Shown piece after piece: positions 48,901 to 57,359 of a DNA stretch of 64,000 bases. The notes beneath the pieces were generated by a model. That model ran no database searches. It worked only from the letters and a program-made list of their open reading frames with translations, and was not told where the DNA came from. Origin of the DNA: Candidatus Multivoradales bacterium (GTDB taxonomy: Bacteria; Acidobacteriota; Thermoanaerobaculia; Multivoradales; Multivoraceae); the NCBI GenBank assembly GCA_965223325.1, contig CBDCWI010000002.1:512001-576000 (forward strand). Reading direction: 5' to 3'. The stretch's first letter is position 1. The number at the start of each line of letters is the position of its first letter. The position numbers were made by a program, and so were the translations under genes.

Positions 48901-51900
48901 ACCTACGGCAGTGGCGCCGGGCCCTTCAGCGGCACGATCATCGGCGCACCGGATTGGAAGTGGGAGACCGAAGATCAGTCGGTCCCCGGCTGGTCGTACA
49001 GCGATGGCCGCATCTTCACCGGCGAAAACGCCATCATCGATCGCGACGGCTCCGATCCGATCCAGGCGATCACCTTGCATTCGCAGGGGTGGGCCAGCAA
49101 GTGGGTGACCCTCCAGCTCGACCTGTCGCCCCTGGGCTCCTCCGACCTTCTACTCGACTTCAGCTGGACCGACCACGGCGACGACGCCACCTGGGATGAC
49201 CGACTCGAGGTGCGCGGCACGACCAGCGACCCGTGGATCCGGGTACAGAACTTCTACCCCGAGCGTAACCCCGACGATCAGTGGATCGACTTCGCAGACA
49301 TCAACCTGGCCAGCTTCCTCGAGGCCAATGGCCAGTCCCCAGGCGCGACCTTCCAGCTCCGTTTCGGCCACCGTGGACAGTATCTCGCGGCTCTCGGCAC
49401 CGGCTACGACGGCACGACGATGGACAACGTCTGTCTGCGCACCGGCAACGTTCCTGATACCGGTGATCTGATCGGCTTCGTCTTCCGCGATTACGACGCC
49501 GACGGTGAACGCGACGATGACGAGGCGCCCTACGCTGGCGTCGAGATCGAGATCACCGGCCCCGGCTGCTCTCCCTGCACGCGCACCACCGACGAAGGCG
49601 GCCGCTATACCTTCGAGGACCTGACGCTGGGAAACTACACGCTCAACGTGACCTCGGTTCCCGGCGGCGGCATCCAGACCAAGGCTCGCCGCGCGCCGAC
49701 CAATGTCGTCGTTCGCGGTGGCATCAGCACGGTTCAGGACTTCGGTTTCCAGTCGACCCTCGCCTTCACCGAAAACACGGTGATGACGGCCAAGTCAAAG
49801 GCGATCTGGTTCGTCGACCCGACCACCGGATCGGCGCGCAAGGCGACCGACACAATCGTCGAGGGGATCAACTCGCTGGCCGCGAACCCCAACAGCTGCC
49901 AGGTCTACTACGGAGTCGACAAGAGCCTCTATCGCTGGGACGTGATCTCGGACACGCACCACCTCATCAGCGATCTGGGCGTCGACTACGCCGGAACCTT
50001 TACCGGCCAGAACCTCGACTCTTCTGGGGCCACCTACTGGCCGCCAACCGACACGCTCTACCTGGGCGCCGAGGGTGGTCCAGCCGGTTCGTTCGATGCC
50101 GAAGGGATCTACAAGATCACCATGGGCTCTGGAGGTACGGCGATCACCAGCCTCACGCGGATCGATATCCAGAACATCGCCGCGACCGATCCCGAGACCC
50201 CGCATTCGCCCGTTGGCGGCTTTGGTGACTTCGTTGCCTTCGACAACGGCAGCGGCGGTGTGCGCCTCTTCGGTTCGACGCAGAACAACAACCCCAAGGA
50301 AATCTATTGGTGGACCTACGACGACGCCTCGGGAGACTACGTCCACCTGCGGACCCTTGGTGGCGGCTCCAAGATGTACCAGCTCGGTCGTACACCGAGC
50401 GGCACGATCTTCTCGGGTCAGTCCTACATCTTGCAACGCATGTCGCCGGTCGACGGCACCCTGCTCGGTGACCCGATCGAGGTTCCGGCCACCTTCCACA
50501 TCAACGACATGACCGGTTTCATCAGCGGCTGCCTGGCACAGATTGGTTCTGCCAAGCGCGTCGTCACGGGCCCCACGAACAACGGAGACGGCACCTGGAC
50601 GGTCGGCTTCCGCGTACGGGTCGAGAACCACGGCGTCTCCAACCTGTTCGACGTCCAGCTCGCCGACACCCTGGATGTCGAGTTCGGCACCCACGTTGTT
50701 GGTGTGCCGGCCGCCCCGGGTCAGTACACCGTATCGGCGGCACCGAACCTTTCCGCCACCAGCGGCGGCGCGGTGCTCACCGCCAACGCCGCTTTCGACG
50801 GCTCGGGTGACCAGAACCTCTTGACCTTGAACGGCGGTGACAGCCTGCCGATCGGCGCGACCGCGGATGTCGACTTCAGCATCCGCTTCTTCCCCGTGAC
50901 CACCAAGTCGGTGTTCTACAACCAGGTGCTGGCGGCCGCCGACACCGCCGAGAACGGCACCACCGAGGGAGAGACCGACGATCTCTCGGACAACGGTGCC
51001 GACCCCGATCCCGGTGACGGCTCGGGTGGCGCGGCCAACGACAACCCCGAGGACTCGGACGAGGACGACCCGACTCCGGTAGCCATCAACACCGGCTATG
51101 ACCTGGCAATGACCTACACGTACGTCTCGGATACGTCCCTCGACGGCATTTCGAACGACGCCCGGGCACGCTCGGGTGATGAGATCACGTTCATGGTGAC
51201 GCTCATCAACCAGGGCACCACCGCGGTGACCAACCCGGTTCTGCGCGCCTATGTCGACTCGTCGTTGTTCGCCAACTTCCGACTCGGCGACAACCCCAAC
51301 GCGGCGACTGGCGGCACGCACTCCATCCCCTACACGTGGGCGGTCTCGGGTGGCCACGGGCTGGTGACTCTCAACGGCTCACTGCCCGGTGGCGGCTCGG
51401 TCACCCTTCCCGTCACCCTGACGTTGACTTCCAACGCGCAGGGCACCAAACGCGCCTACGTCGAGGTCTACTCGGACAACGGCGCCGACGTCGACTCGAC
51501 GCCCGAGAGCGAAGAGCTCAACAACAACGGCGATCCCTTGGTCCTTGGTGTGACCGACGGCACCGGCGGCGATGAGGACGACCACGACGCCTCAGAGTTC
51601 GTCATCCCGGGCGGCGGTATCGGCGACTTCATCTGGCATGACATCAACAACAACGGCTCCCAGAACGGCTCCGAGCCGGGGATTGGTGGCGTGACGGTTC
51701 GCCTCTATCGCGACGACGGGACGACCCCGGGTGTGCTCGATGGCGGCGACACCCTCATCGCCACAACCGTCTCGGACGGCAACGGCGGCTACGCCTTCTT
51801 CGGACTCGAAGAGGCGACCTACATCGTCGATCCAGATGAGACCACCATGTCTCCGGGCTTCAGCCCGAGCTTCGGTGCGACCGGGGTCAGTGGTCCAATC

Positions 51901-54900
51901 GTCCTGGTCGCCGACACGTTCAACGACACGGTCGACTTCGGCTACACCAATGCCGGCTCGAGCGCGATCGGCGACTTCGTCTGGTACGACACCGACGGCG
52001 ACGGCGAGCAGGATCCGGGCGAAATCGGCTTCAAGAACATCGGCGTCGGGGTGACCGGGCCGGGCGGCTACAACCAGGCAACCACGACCGACTCTGCCGG
52101 CCTCTACCTGGTCACCGGTGTGACCCAGAGCGGTACCTACACGGTGACCATCAACACCGCCAGCCTGCCGGCAGGCGTCAACCCCGTGCCGACCAACCAG
52201 CCCTCGGCGAGTGCTCCCCACAACGTGCTCAACCCGCAGGACTACCTGCGCGCCGACTACGGCTTCAACGGCGGCAACCCCGGCACCATCGGCGACCTGG
52301 TCTTCCGTGACCTCGACAACGACGGCGTGCGCGACGTCGGCGAGCCGGGTATAGGCAACGTCACCGTCGACCTGACGGATGGCAGCGGAGTCCACATCGC
52401 CACCACCACCACCGCCGTCGACGGTTCCTACGACTTCTCCGGCGTTTTCCCCGGTACCTACCAGGTTGTCGTCACCGACACCAACGGTGCGCTCTTCGAC
52501 GTGCAGTTGTGTGCCGGCTCGAGCCCGACGGGCAACATCGGCCTACTGGCGGGTCAGGACTACAACGGCGCTGACTTCGGGTACTGCCCGAACGAGGAAG
52601 GCCTGATTGGCGACCTGGTCTTCCATGATCAGGACGGTGACGGGTTCTTCGATCCGGATGAGAGTGGTATCGAGCTCGTCGAGCTCGAACTGTGGCGTGA
52701 CGAGAACAACGACTGCATCCTGCAGGAAGGCTTCGACACGCTACTGCGGACGACCAAGACCGACGAAATCGGCCGCTATCGCTTCCAGGTCCTCGATACT
52801 CCCGAGGACTACCTGGTGCGTCCGATTGTCACTCAACCGGTCCTGGCACCAATGACGCAGACGATCGGCAGCATCGGCTCTGACGAGTACGGTCAGCCCT
52901 CGCCCTACTGTGCCCAGCTGACACTCGCCAGTCCCACGAGGATCGGTGCTGACTTCGGCTTCCGCACCGCCGCCGGCCTCTTGATCTCGGGCACCGTCTT
53001 CAAGGACGCCGAAGCCAACGGTGTCTACGAACCGCAGGTTTCCGACGAGCCGGTACCCAACGCCACCGTGACTCTCTACCGCGACCTCAACAGCAACGGC
53101 GAGATCGACGCCGAGGATCCGCGCTTCGGCCAGGTGATTACACCTGCCAATGGCTACTACGCCTTTACCTCACTGCCGGGCGGCACCAAGTGGATCGTCA
53201 CCTCGCAGGTGACCAACACCGTGGTCTCCGGAGGCGTACAGACCACCCAGACCACGACTGGCGGCAAAGAGCCGGTCGAACTCCAGCCAGTGCGCAACAG
53301 CACCGGTCACGACTTCGGCTACACCACCTCCCCCACCCTCGCCCTGATCACCAGCTTCAAGGCGTATGACGAGGGCGATGTGGTCGTCGAATGGACGACT
53401 TCGAGTGAGCTCGGCACCCTCGGCTTCCAGCTCTATCGCACCAGCGGTGGCGAGTGGGTGCCGGTCGGTGACTACGTCGCTTCGCCGGGTGAGCCTCTCG
53501 GCGCAACCTACCGCGTCGCTGATCCAGGCGCTTCGACATCCGGCATGCTCGAATACGCCCTGGTCGAGGTTGAACCGCGCGGCGGCAGTCGCACCTACGG
53601 CCCGTTCCAGGTCTTCGCCCAGAACGCCGGCCGCTCGGCCGGAACGGCGCTCGGCGCCACGGCGCGGCCGCGCACCGGGATCCACCTCGACCGTCAGCAG
53701 GCACGGCGCGTCGAGGCACGACGTCCGCTCGAAAACCCGAACGAGGTCGGCACCGCCCTCAAGATGACCGTCCTGGGCGGCGGGGTCTACTCGGTGAGTG
53801 CGGCGACGATCGCCGACGGTTTGGGGATTCCGCTGGATCGAGCAGAGGACTGGATTGCTCAGGGTCTGTTCCGCCTTCGCCGCGACCTGCGGGTCGTCGA
53901 CTGGTGGAGCAACGACGGTACGTCCATTCAGTTCTACGCCCCGGAGGCCAATAGCCTCTACACCGCAAACGTCGATGTCTACCTCGAGCAGCTCTCGGGC
54001 CGCACCGCCAGAGCGCAGCTCCTGCAACCGGTCGCTCCCGTCGATGGCAGTACCTTCCTCGCCAATGTGCGCCAGGAAGACGACGTCTTCGGTGCTACCG
54101 CTGCGGCACGCTCGGCGACCGAAGAATTCTGGTTCTGGCGCGTGCTCGGCACGTTCGGCAACTTCCGCTCGACCACCATCGACTTCGATCTGCGGCACCA
54201 CACCGGTGAGGGCCCCGCAAGCGTCGAGGTCTCGGTGTTCGGTGCAACCGACTCGGAACGTTTGATCGACCACAGCTTCAACCTCTTCCTCAACGATCGC
54301 TTGATCGACACGGTGGAATGGAGCGGCGCTGGTCATCGCCAGTTCGCCTTCGATGTCGCGGGCAGTGATCTGCTCGAGTACGGCAACGAGCTTCGAATCG
54401 AGGCCGAGATTCCGACTGGCATCGGAATTGGCGTCTTCTACCTCGACGCCGTCGAGATCACCCACGAACGGGATCTGATGGCCGAAAACGGGCAGCTCGA
54501 GTTCTTCGCTGACGAGCCAGTCTCGACGATCACGGGCTTTGACAGTCAGTCGGTCCAGGTTCTCGACATCACCGACCGCTACCGTCCGATTCGAATCGGC
54601 GGAGCAACGGTCGACTACCAGAACAGCTACCGCGTCACCTTCCCGCCGACGGCTGGACACACCTACCTTGCGACCGAAGCCAGCGCAGTGGAGAACGTCA
54701 CCGCGACACCCATCACGCCACTACAAACGGCGGGTGCCGAGTACGTCGTCGTCGCTCCACGTGAACTCTCCGCGGCGGCAGAACGGCTGGCAGATCTGCG
54801 CCGTGCCCGCGGTCTCACCGCCGAGGTCTACGCAGTCGAAGACATCTACGACGGCCTCTCTGGCGGCATCGAAGATCCAGAGGCCATCCACGGCTTCCTC

Positions 54901-55848
54901 GAGAACGCCTGGGTGACCTGGGATACCAAGCCGCGCTTCGTTGCGCTCGTCGGTAAGGGCACCTTCGACTACGAAGACACCAAGGGCCTCAACTCCAACC
55001 TGATTCCGCCGCCCCTCGTCGCGTCAGCCAGCGGTCTGTTCTCTGCCGACCGCATCATTGGCGACGTCGTCGGCGACGATCTCAGGCCGGAAGTTGCGGT
55101 CGGTCGCATCCCCGTTCTCACCGAGGCTGAGCTCGACGCCTACATCGACAAGCTGGCACTCTGGGAAAGCGGTCAGAACTCCGGTTCGAACCGCATCACC
55201 CTGGTCGCGGACAACCCTGACAACGCCGGTAACTTCAGCGAGACCCTCGATGTCTTAGAAGGCACTCTCCAGTCGAGCCACGAGGCCAACCGCATCGAAC
55301 TCGCCGAACTCGGCCTGGTCGAAGCCAAGAGTCGCCTCCAGGCGGCCTTCAACGAAGGGTCCTTCCTGGTCTCCTACGCCGGCCACGGCGGTCTCGACCG
55401 CATCGCGGCAGAAGGCATGATGACGCTCTCAGACCTCGGGTCACTGACCGCCAGCGGCCAGATCCCGATCGTCTCGGCGATGACCTGCACCCTCAACCGC
55501 TTCGAGGTCCCGGGCTTGACCTCGCTCGGTGAGGCGTTGGTCCTCGACCCCGACGGCGGCGCGATCGCAGTCTTCGCACCGTCGGGCCTGTCCGAGAACC
55601 TGGCAGCCCAGGACCTCGGCGAGCAACTCCTCGAGGAGATCCTCAGCGGCGGCGCCGAGACTCTCGGTGAAGCGGTCCTCGCGGGACTTCACAGTGGCGA
55701 CGTCAACCCGAAACGCCTCACCTCATACACCCTCCTCGGCGACCCGGCGCTCGTGCTTCCCGAGCAGGTGATCGATGAGGAACCCGATGTCCTGTTCGAA
55801 GACGACTTCGAAAGCGGCTCAGTAGCCAACTGGATCACCCGGCCCTGA
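42991..55848 (+). CDS. Giant secreted adhesin-like protein (~4,285 aa): MAM/cleaved-adhesin-like modules, ~16 SdrD-B-like repeats, DUF11-like domains, C-terminal peptidase C25 (gingipain/PorU-like)
   Basis: Signal peptide ..SPAAA-Q; repeated IGD.(V/I)W.D.DGDG..DPGEPGI; C25 motifs EYVVVAP, VAVGRIP, YAGHGG (His 55384), MTC (Cys 55486), LLGDP; GAGG RBS before ATG 42991. Confidence 0.9.
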   Translation: MLVYPAQVQPRLSRAAAALPLAPLVLLTALLLASPAAAQLTLPHTEGFESANSATYTTAQNPVPGLTGVEFKKTNNARLRTAYTSGIRTGSRSITMDSSSGYSRGDVIVKLDLSNYTGGCSSVSIDFWFREYADEPHSTQSAGTSNPPLVGETTTTPADANDWVYIRGSNTDDWVLAYNWGASASSTFQKVTLNVGTLLSGASPAQSISSTTELMFRWYDNSGVTGDGVAFDDITVTETNTCSTLSGRVGIDGKSGGFGVLGSSDAEFPASVQLELQDGVCAPAVNCPTTTTNSSGAYSFPNLLTGTYTIDVRDTDIPLGFVLEPGTTSVGATAEPMTSISVTNPTNKTMNFAYVPTAPSLPLKEGFEGAGNDTYTAFTNRLAGLSNVYFGDEDGTSVGRLRTAVGSAFYHGGDNAATVDTTTGSIADTEVILSYDLSAFDTATDTVMLEFWWMDHADENNWPEFVSFRASSNANWSQIYDRGVNSQDTSPPANIAPNDGIWQQVTVDLTANHLSPVSGAPSNFTKSFQLRFHQRDNAQTTSTTGGDGVTWDDICIYLQGGADCSGSEIGNRIWNDLDGDAVDDPGEPGIPGLTVTLRDDAGNQLDQTTTDAQGAYSFITSLTGTFRVVITPPAGANNTSDPDGGICTSQQQLGVCDHETTLTIAAPGEVHTDRDFGYLFTGSIAGTVLDDRDGDTVADPGEGGIAGLTVELRQGAVVHQVTTTDANGDYSFVSVGPATWTTVITTAPAGATPTFDPDDASAPVSTAHQSVYTLPFGQQKSAYDFGYQYQGSISGRLWDDQDANQVQNGAEPGIVGATLTLKNGADTHLIVTTDANGDYSFTAIPGATWDVIVTRPPGGLATFDPDATLDNQTQIVLAAGGTSTAQNFGYDIAPAIGGRVWNDTNQNGIVDSGEAGYDGIDLELRDGTCTPGTNCPVETTAGGGFYEFRGLSAGIAYVILIDECTLPISGVLTTSNVPYNRTLAANEIVGDANFGYRAQTLPVVEGFEGALDRQAQYTANSCVRGAPGFDFAHDNVGRLRLQAGEDFNTSHPEAWKRARYYYRNGLASALLDTATGGQVSQNDLTLSLDLSDLALASDELLLDYSVFDHSDEGAAGDKVEMRVGTMAAGLWVEVEDWGAADRNEVWTDVANLNLSQVLRDYNTANGTSHDFDSGFQVRWRQVDNNPATQPSWSDGLSVDDIWLRLGTGTAHLGGQVWKDLDNDVTLDPGEGAPCLLVELYDDTNGNGVLDGVEGNTVLRTSTAAADGSYEFPALAAGDYLVDINSDYLPHQTNVVGAPFATTLSAGQQVTASNIELSGRVVLPYSQGFEDATDRVYFGDTDCLNGLPDFSFSEPDTPTTVGYGRVNFIHSAAHVKTGNRAATLDGGPFSSLDDEEELILTLDMSNYDITMPVTLDFQMMPHSPFGSSFMQEAKVFIRGSKSDAWLELYDLENTRTTNDQGTYKLYSALDLSDTLCTGAGASSPCNSSSPVQDFSSSFQIKWWGSQDLHAEVTYNDRQGGYSIDDITINGPGASVIGDMIYNDLDGDSTRDAGEPGIPGLSVLVKDSNGDIAATDTTAANGSYQLSVSGLGNHTIEVTPPAGATPTEDPDGTGTPNKSVYNVPFQGSFTDAQDFGYQFSGSIAGKVFQDANGNGTQNGVEPDWSGLTVELRQGATTYFTTTTNGSGAYSFTGLSPATWTVVVTRPTGTIPTVDPDGIATPDAYDVALAASQAVSGATLGYRYNGSIGGYLWSDDNLDGVQDPGEDPLVGLEVELQDGASNPIGVAQTSATGAYLFEHLPPNGYILLVAPPPGFLPTWDRDGSPDNTTAVALGAGQTVQDADFGYQTPELVGTVYHDVDGNGSFGAGDVTLANVDLTLLGPGCNPCSATTDGSGDYRFAGIAPSNYSLNVDLDTVVLSGQPKPKNPGALPATITLAPGSNTQNVGFEAEDLPGVTCTTDNDYYYDFTGIQNMTYGSGAGPFSGTIIGAPDWKWETEDQSVPGWSYSDGRIFTGENAIIDRDGSDPIQAITLHSQGWASKWVTLQLDLSPLGSSDLLLDFSWTDHGDDATWDDRLEVRGTTSDPWIRVQNFYPERNPDDQWIDFADINLASFLEANGQSPGATFQLRFGHRGQYLAALGTGYDGTTMDNVCLRTGNVPDTGDLIGFVFRDYDADGERDDDEAPYAGVEIEITGPGCSPCTRTTDEGGRYTFEDLTLGNYTLNVTSVPGGGIQTKARRAPTNVVVRGGISTVQDFGFQSTLAFTENTVMTAKSKAIWFVDPTTGSARKATDTIVEGINSLAANPNSCQVYYGVDKSLYRWDVISDTHHLISDLGVDYAGTFTGQNLDSSGATYWPPTDTLYLGAEGGPAGSFDAEGIYKITMGSGGTAITSLTRIDIQNIAATDPETPHSPVGGFGDFVAFDNGSGGVRLFGSTQNNNPKEIYWWTYDDASGDYVHLRTLGGGSKMYQLGRTPSGTIFSGQSYILQRMSPVDGTLLGDPIEVPATFHINDMTGFISGCLAQIGSAKRVVTGPTNNGDGTWTVGFRVRVENHGVSNLFDVQLADTLDVEFGTHVVGVPAAPGQYTVSAAPNLSATSGGAVLTANAAFDGSGDQNLLTLNGGDSLPIGATADVDFSIRFFPVTTKSVFYNQVLAAADTAENGTTEGETDDLSDNGADPDPGDGSGGAANDNPEDSDEDDPTPVAINTGYDLAMTYTYVSDTSLDGISNDARARSGDEITFMVTLINQGTTAVTNPVLRAYVDSSLFANFRLGDNPNAATGGTHSIPYTWAVSGGHGLVTLNGSLPGGGSVTLPVTLTLTSNAQGTKRAYVEVYSDNGADVDSTPESEELNNNGDPLVLGVTDGTGGDEDDHDASEFVIPGGGIGDFIWHDINNNGSQNGSEPGIGGVTVRLYRDDGTTPGVLDGGDTLIATTVSDGNGGYAFFGLEEATYIVDPDETTMSPGFSPSFGATGVSGPIVLVADTFNDTVDFGYTNAGSSAIGDFVWYDTDGDGEQDPGEIGFKNIGVGVTGPGGYNQATTTDSAGLYLVTGVTQSGTYTVTINTASLPAGVNPVPTNQPSASAPHNVLNPQDYLRADYGFNGGNPGTIGDLVFRDLDNDGVRDVGEPGIGNVTVDLTDGSGVHIATTTTAVDGSYDFSGVFPGTYQVVVTDTNGALFDVQLCAGSSPTGNIGLLAGQDYNGADFGYCPNEEGLIGDLVFHDQDGDGFFDPDESGIELVELELWRDENNDCILQEGFDTLLRTTKTDEIGRYRFQVLDTPEDYLVRPIVTQPVLAPMTQTIGSIGSDEYGQPSPYCAQLTLASPTRIGADFGFRTAAGLLISGTVFKDAEANGVYEPQVSDEPVPNATVTLYRDLNSNGEIDAEDPRFGQVITPANGYYAFTSLPGGTKWIVTSQVTNTVVSGGVQTTQTTTGGKEPVELQPVRNSTGHDFGYTTSPTLALITSFKAYDEGDVVVEWTTSSELGTLGFQLYRTSGGEWVPVGDYVASPGEPLGATYRVADPGASTSGMLEYALVEVEPRGGSRTYGPFQVFAQNAGRSAGTALGATARPRTGIHLDRQQARRVEARRPLENPNEVGTALKMTVLGGGVYSVSAATIADGLGIPLDRAEDWIAQGLFRLRRDLRVVDWWSNDGTSIQFYAPEANSLYTANVDVYLEQLSGRTARAQLLQPVAPVDGSTFLANVRQEDDVFGATAAARSATEEFWFWRVLGTFGNFRSTTIDFDLRHHTGEGPASVEVSVFGATDSERLIDHSFNLFLNDRLIDTVEWSGAGHRQFAFDVAGSDLLEYGNELRIEAEIPTGIGIGVFYLDAVEITHERDLMAENGQLEFFADEPVSTITGFDSQSVQVLDITDRYRPIRIGGATVDYQNSYRVTFPPTAGHTYLATEASAVENVTATPITPLQTAGAEYVVVAPRELSAAAERLADLRRARGLTAEVYAVEDIYDGLSGGIEDPEAIHGFLENAWVTWDTKPRFVALVGKGTFDYEDTKGLNSNLIPPPLVASASGLFSADRIIGDVVGDDLRPEVAVGRIPVLTEAELDAYIDKLALWESGQNSGSNRITLVADNPDNAGNFSETLDVLEGTLQSSHEANRIELAELGLVEAKSRLQAAFNEGSFLVSYAGHGGLDRIAAEGMMTLSDLGSLTASGQIPIVSAMTCTLNRFEVPGLTSLGEALVLDPDGGAIAVFAPSGLSENLAAQDLGEQLLEEILSGGAETLGEAVLAGLHSGDVNPKRLTSYTLLGDPALVLPEQVIDEEPDVLFEDDFESGSVANWITRP

Positions 55849-55908
55849 TCTTCGGGCTCGGAACGAAGGAGTTCGCGGATCGATACAGGCAAACCCAAAC
55901 GCAACACA

Positions 55909-56735
55909 AACCAGAAGGACGGGGCTCGATCGTTGTCCTTGCCGCTTCTTGGTTGATCGACGTGAGGTTGGTCTGGGGATGGTTGGGGTTGGTTTGGGGT
56001 TGTTGGAGAGGTCGGGGTGGATCGGCCGTGCGGGCGGGCGATGGGCGGCGGTCCAGGGCACGGCGACGCTTCGGCAGACTGCGAAAGATTGCGCCGCCTG
56101 CGCTCGACGGCCGCGAATCGGCGCTTCGCCTGCGATGGCGATACAAGTTCGGCCGTCGAGAGCACCCTGGACCGCCGCCCATGCGCCCGCCCGCACTCTC
56201 GCGCTACCAAAGTCGTGAGGACCTACCGCCCGACCGGGGCGAATCGGCATCGGGACGGACAAGGATCTCGCTTAGGGCGGGGGGTACGATGGCCGAAACG
56301 TCTGTGGGCTTAGGAAACGGCGTAGAAAAGGCGTAGAAAAGTGTCTGACACCTTCGCGACCTTCGCGAAGGGCGAAGGCCGTCGCTACAACCAAAAGGGC
56401 GAAGGCCGCGATCGTTGTCCTTGCCGCTTCTTGCGACGGCCGCGAATCGGCGCTTCGCCTGCGATGGCGATACAAGTTCGGCCGTCGAGAGCACCCTGGA
56501 CCGCCGCCCATGCGCCCGCCCGCACTCTCGCGCTACCAAAGTCGTTAGGACCTACCGCCCGACCGGGGCGAATCGGCATCGGGACGGACAAGGATCTCGC
56601 TTAGGGCGGGGGGTGTGCTGGCTGAAACGTCTTTGGGCTTAGGAGGCGGAGCAGGAAAGTGTCTGACACCTTTCGGGAGGCCGAAACGGCGTAGAAAAGG
56701 CGTAGAAAAGGCGTAGGAAAGTGTCTGACACTTTT
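55909..56735. repeat. Composite intergenic repeat cluster with direct and nested inverted repeats
   Basis: ~210-bp direct repeat 56105-56314 / 56434-56644; 25-bp repeat at 55927 / 56409; inverted repeat 56028-56058 / 56165-56196; three AAAGTGTCTGACACYTT palindromes; GGCGTAGAAAA tandem units. Confidence 0.9.
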
Positions 56736-56777
56736 GGGGAGGCCGCGCTGGGGCGATGGCTTGCTGGCGGTGTGGTT

Positions 56778-57359
56778 CTAGCCGCCTTCTAGGGGGACTT
56801 CGGGCAGGAACGTTCCGACGAGCGCCAGTAGGAAGAGGAGCCCGCCCAGGGCCAGGGCGAGCCAGTTGCCTACGCTCCAGCGCCGCAGAGCGCTGAGGTC
56901 GTGGCCGCGCTTCTCCTCGATGGCTGCCGCGGTCTTGTCGACGACGACCAGTGGGATGAAGCTGAGAAACCCGAGTAGCCACCATGGGTCGGGTAGCTGG
57001 ATGAGAGCGGAGAGCGCCAGGTAGAGAACACCCAGCAGACCGGGTGAGAGCGTAGGACCGAGACCTTCTGCCTCGGCTCGATCGCGGATTCTGGCGACAA
57101 GGCTGAAGAACCAGAGCGGGCCGAAGAAGGCACGCCAGAAGGGCCACATCTGAAGGCCGGTGGAGGCCTTGATGTGGGACCAGTTCTTGTAGAGCCACCA
57201 GATCTGGTAGAGGTTGAAGGTCGCCAGTGAGAGAACGATCAGGTTGAGTGGGCCAACCGCGAAGAGGGTTGGTGCGCCTGAGGACGCAGTCCCCTCGAGT
57301 TCAACTTCGGCGGCCGGCGGCTGGTAGGGATTGGACGGGTTCTGATCGGCCGCGGTCAT
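56778..57359 (-). CDS. Hypothetical membrane protein (DUF4234-like)
   Basis: NPYQPP N-terminal motif, LSLATFNLYQIWWLYKNW, several TM helices; GGAGG RBS. Confidence 0.75.
   Translation of the reverse strand: MTAADQNPSNPYQPPAAEVELEGTASSGAPTLFAVGPLNLIVLSLATFNLYQIWWLYKNWSHIKASTGLQMWPFWRAFFGPLWFFSLVARIRDRAEAEGLGPTLSPGLLGVLYLALSALIQLPDPWWLLGFLSFIPLVVVDKTAAAIEEKRGHDLSALRRWSVGNWLALALGGLLFLLALVGTFLPEVPLEGG

Noticed and set aside
49795-54660. Long minus-strand ORFs (520 aa, 267 aa, 496 aa) within the giant gene
   Set aside because: Antisense shadows caused by codon bias, with no motifs.
55689-56642. Duplicated short ORFs in the repeat cluster; possible CRISPR
   Set aside because: The ORFs simply translate the DNA repeat, and there is no regular repeat-spacer periodicity.
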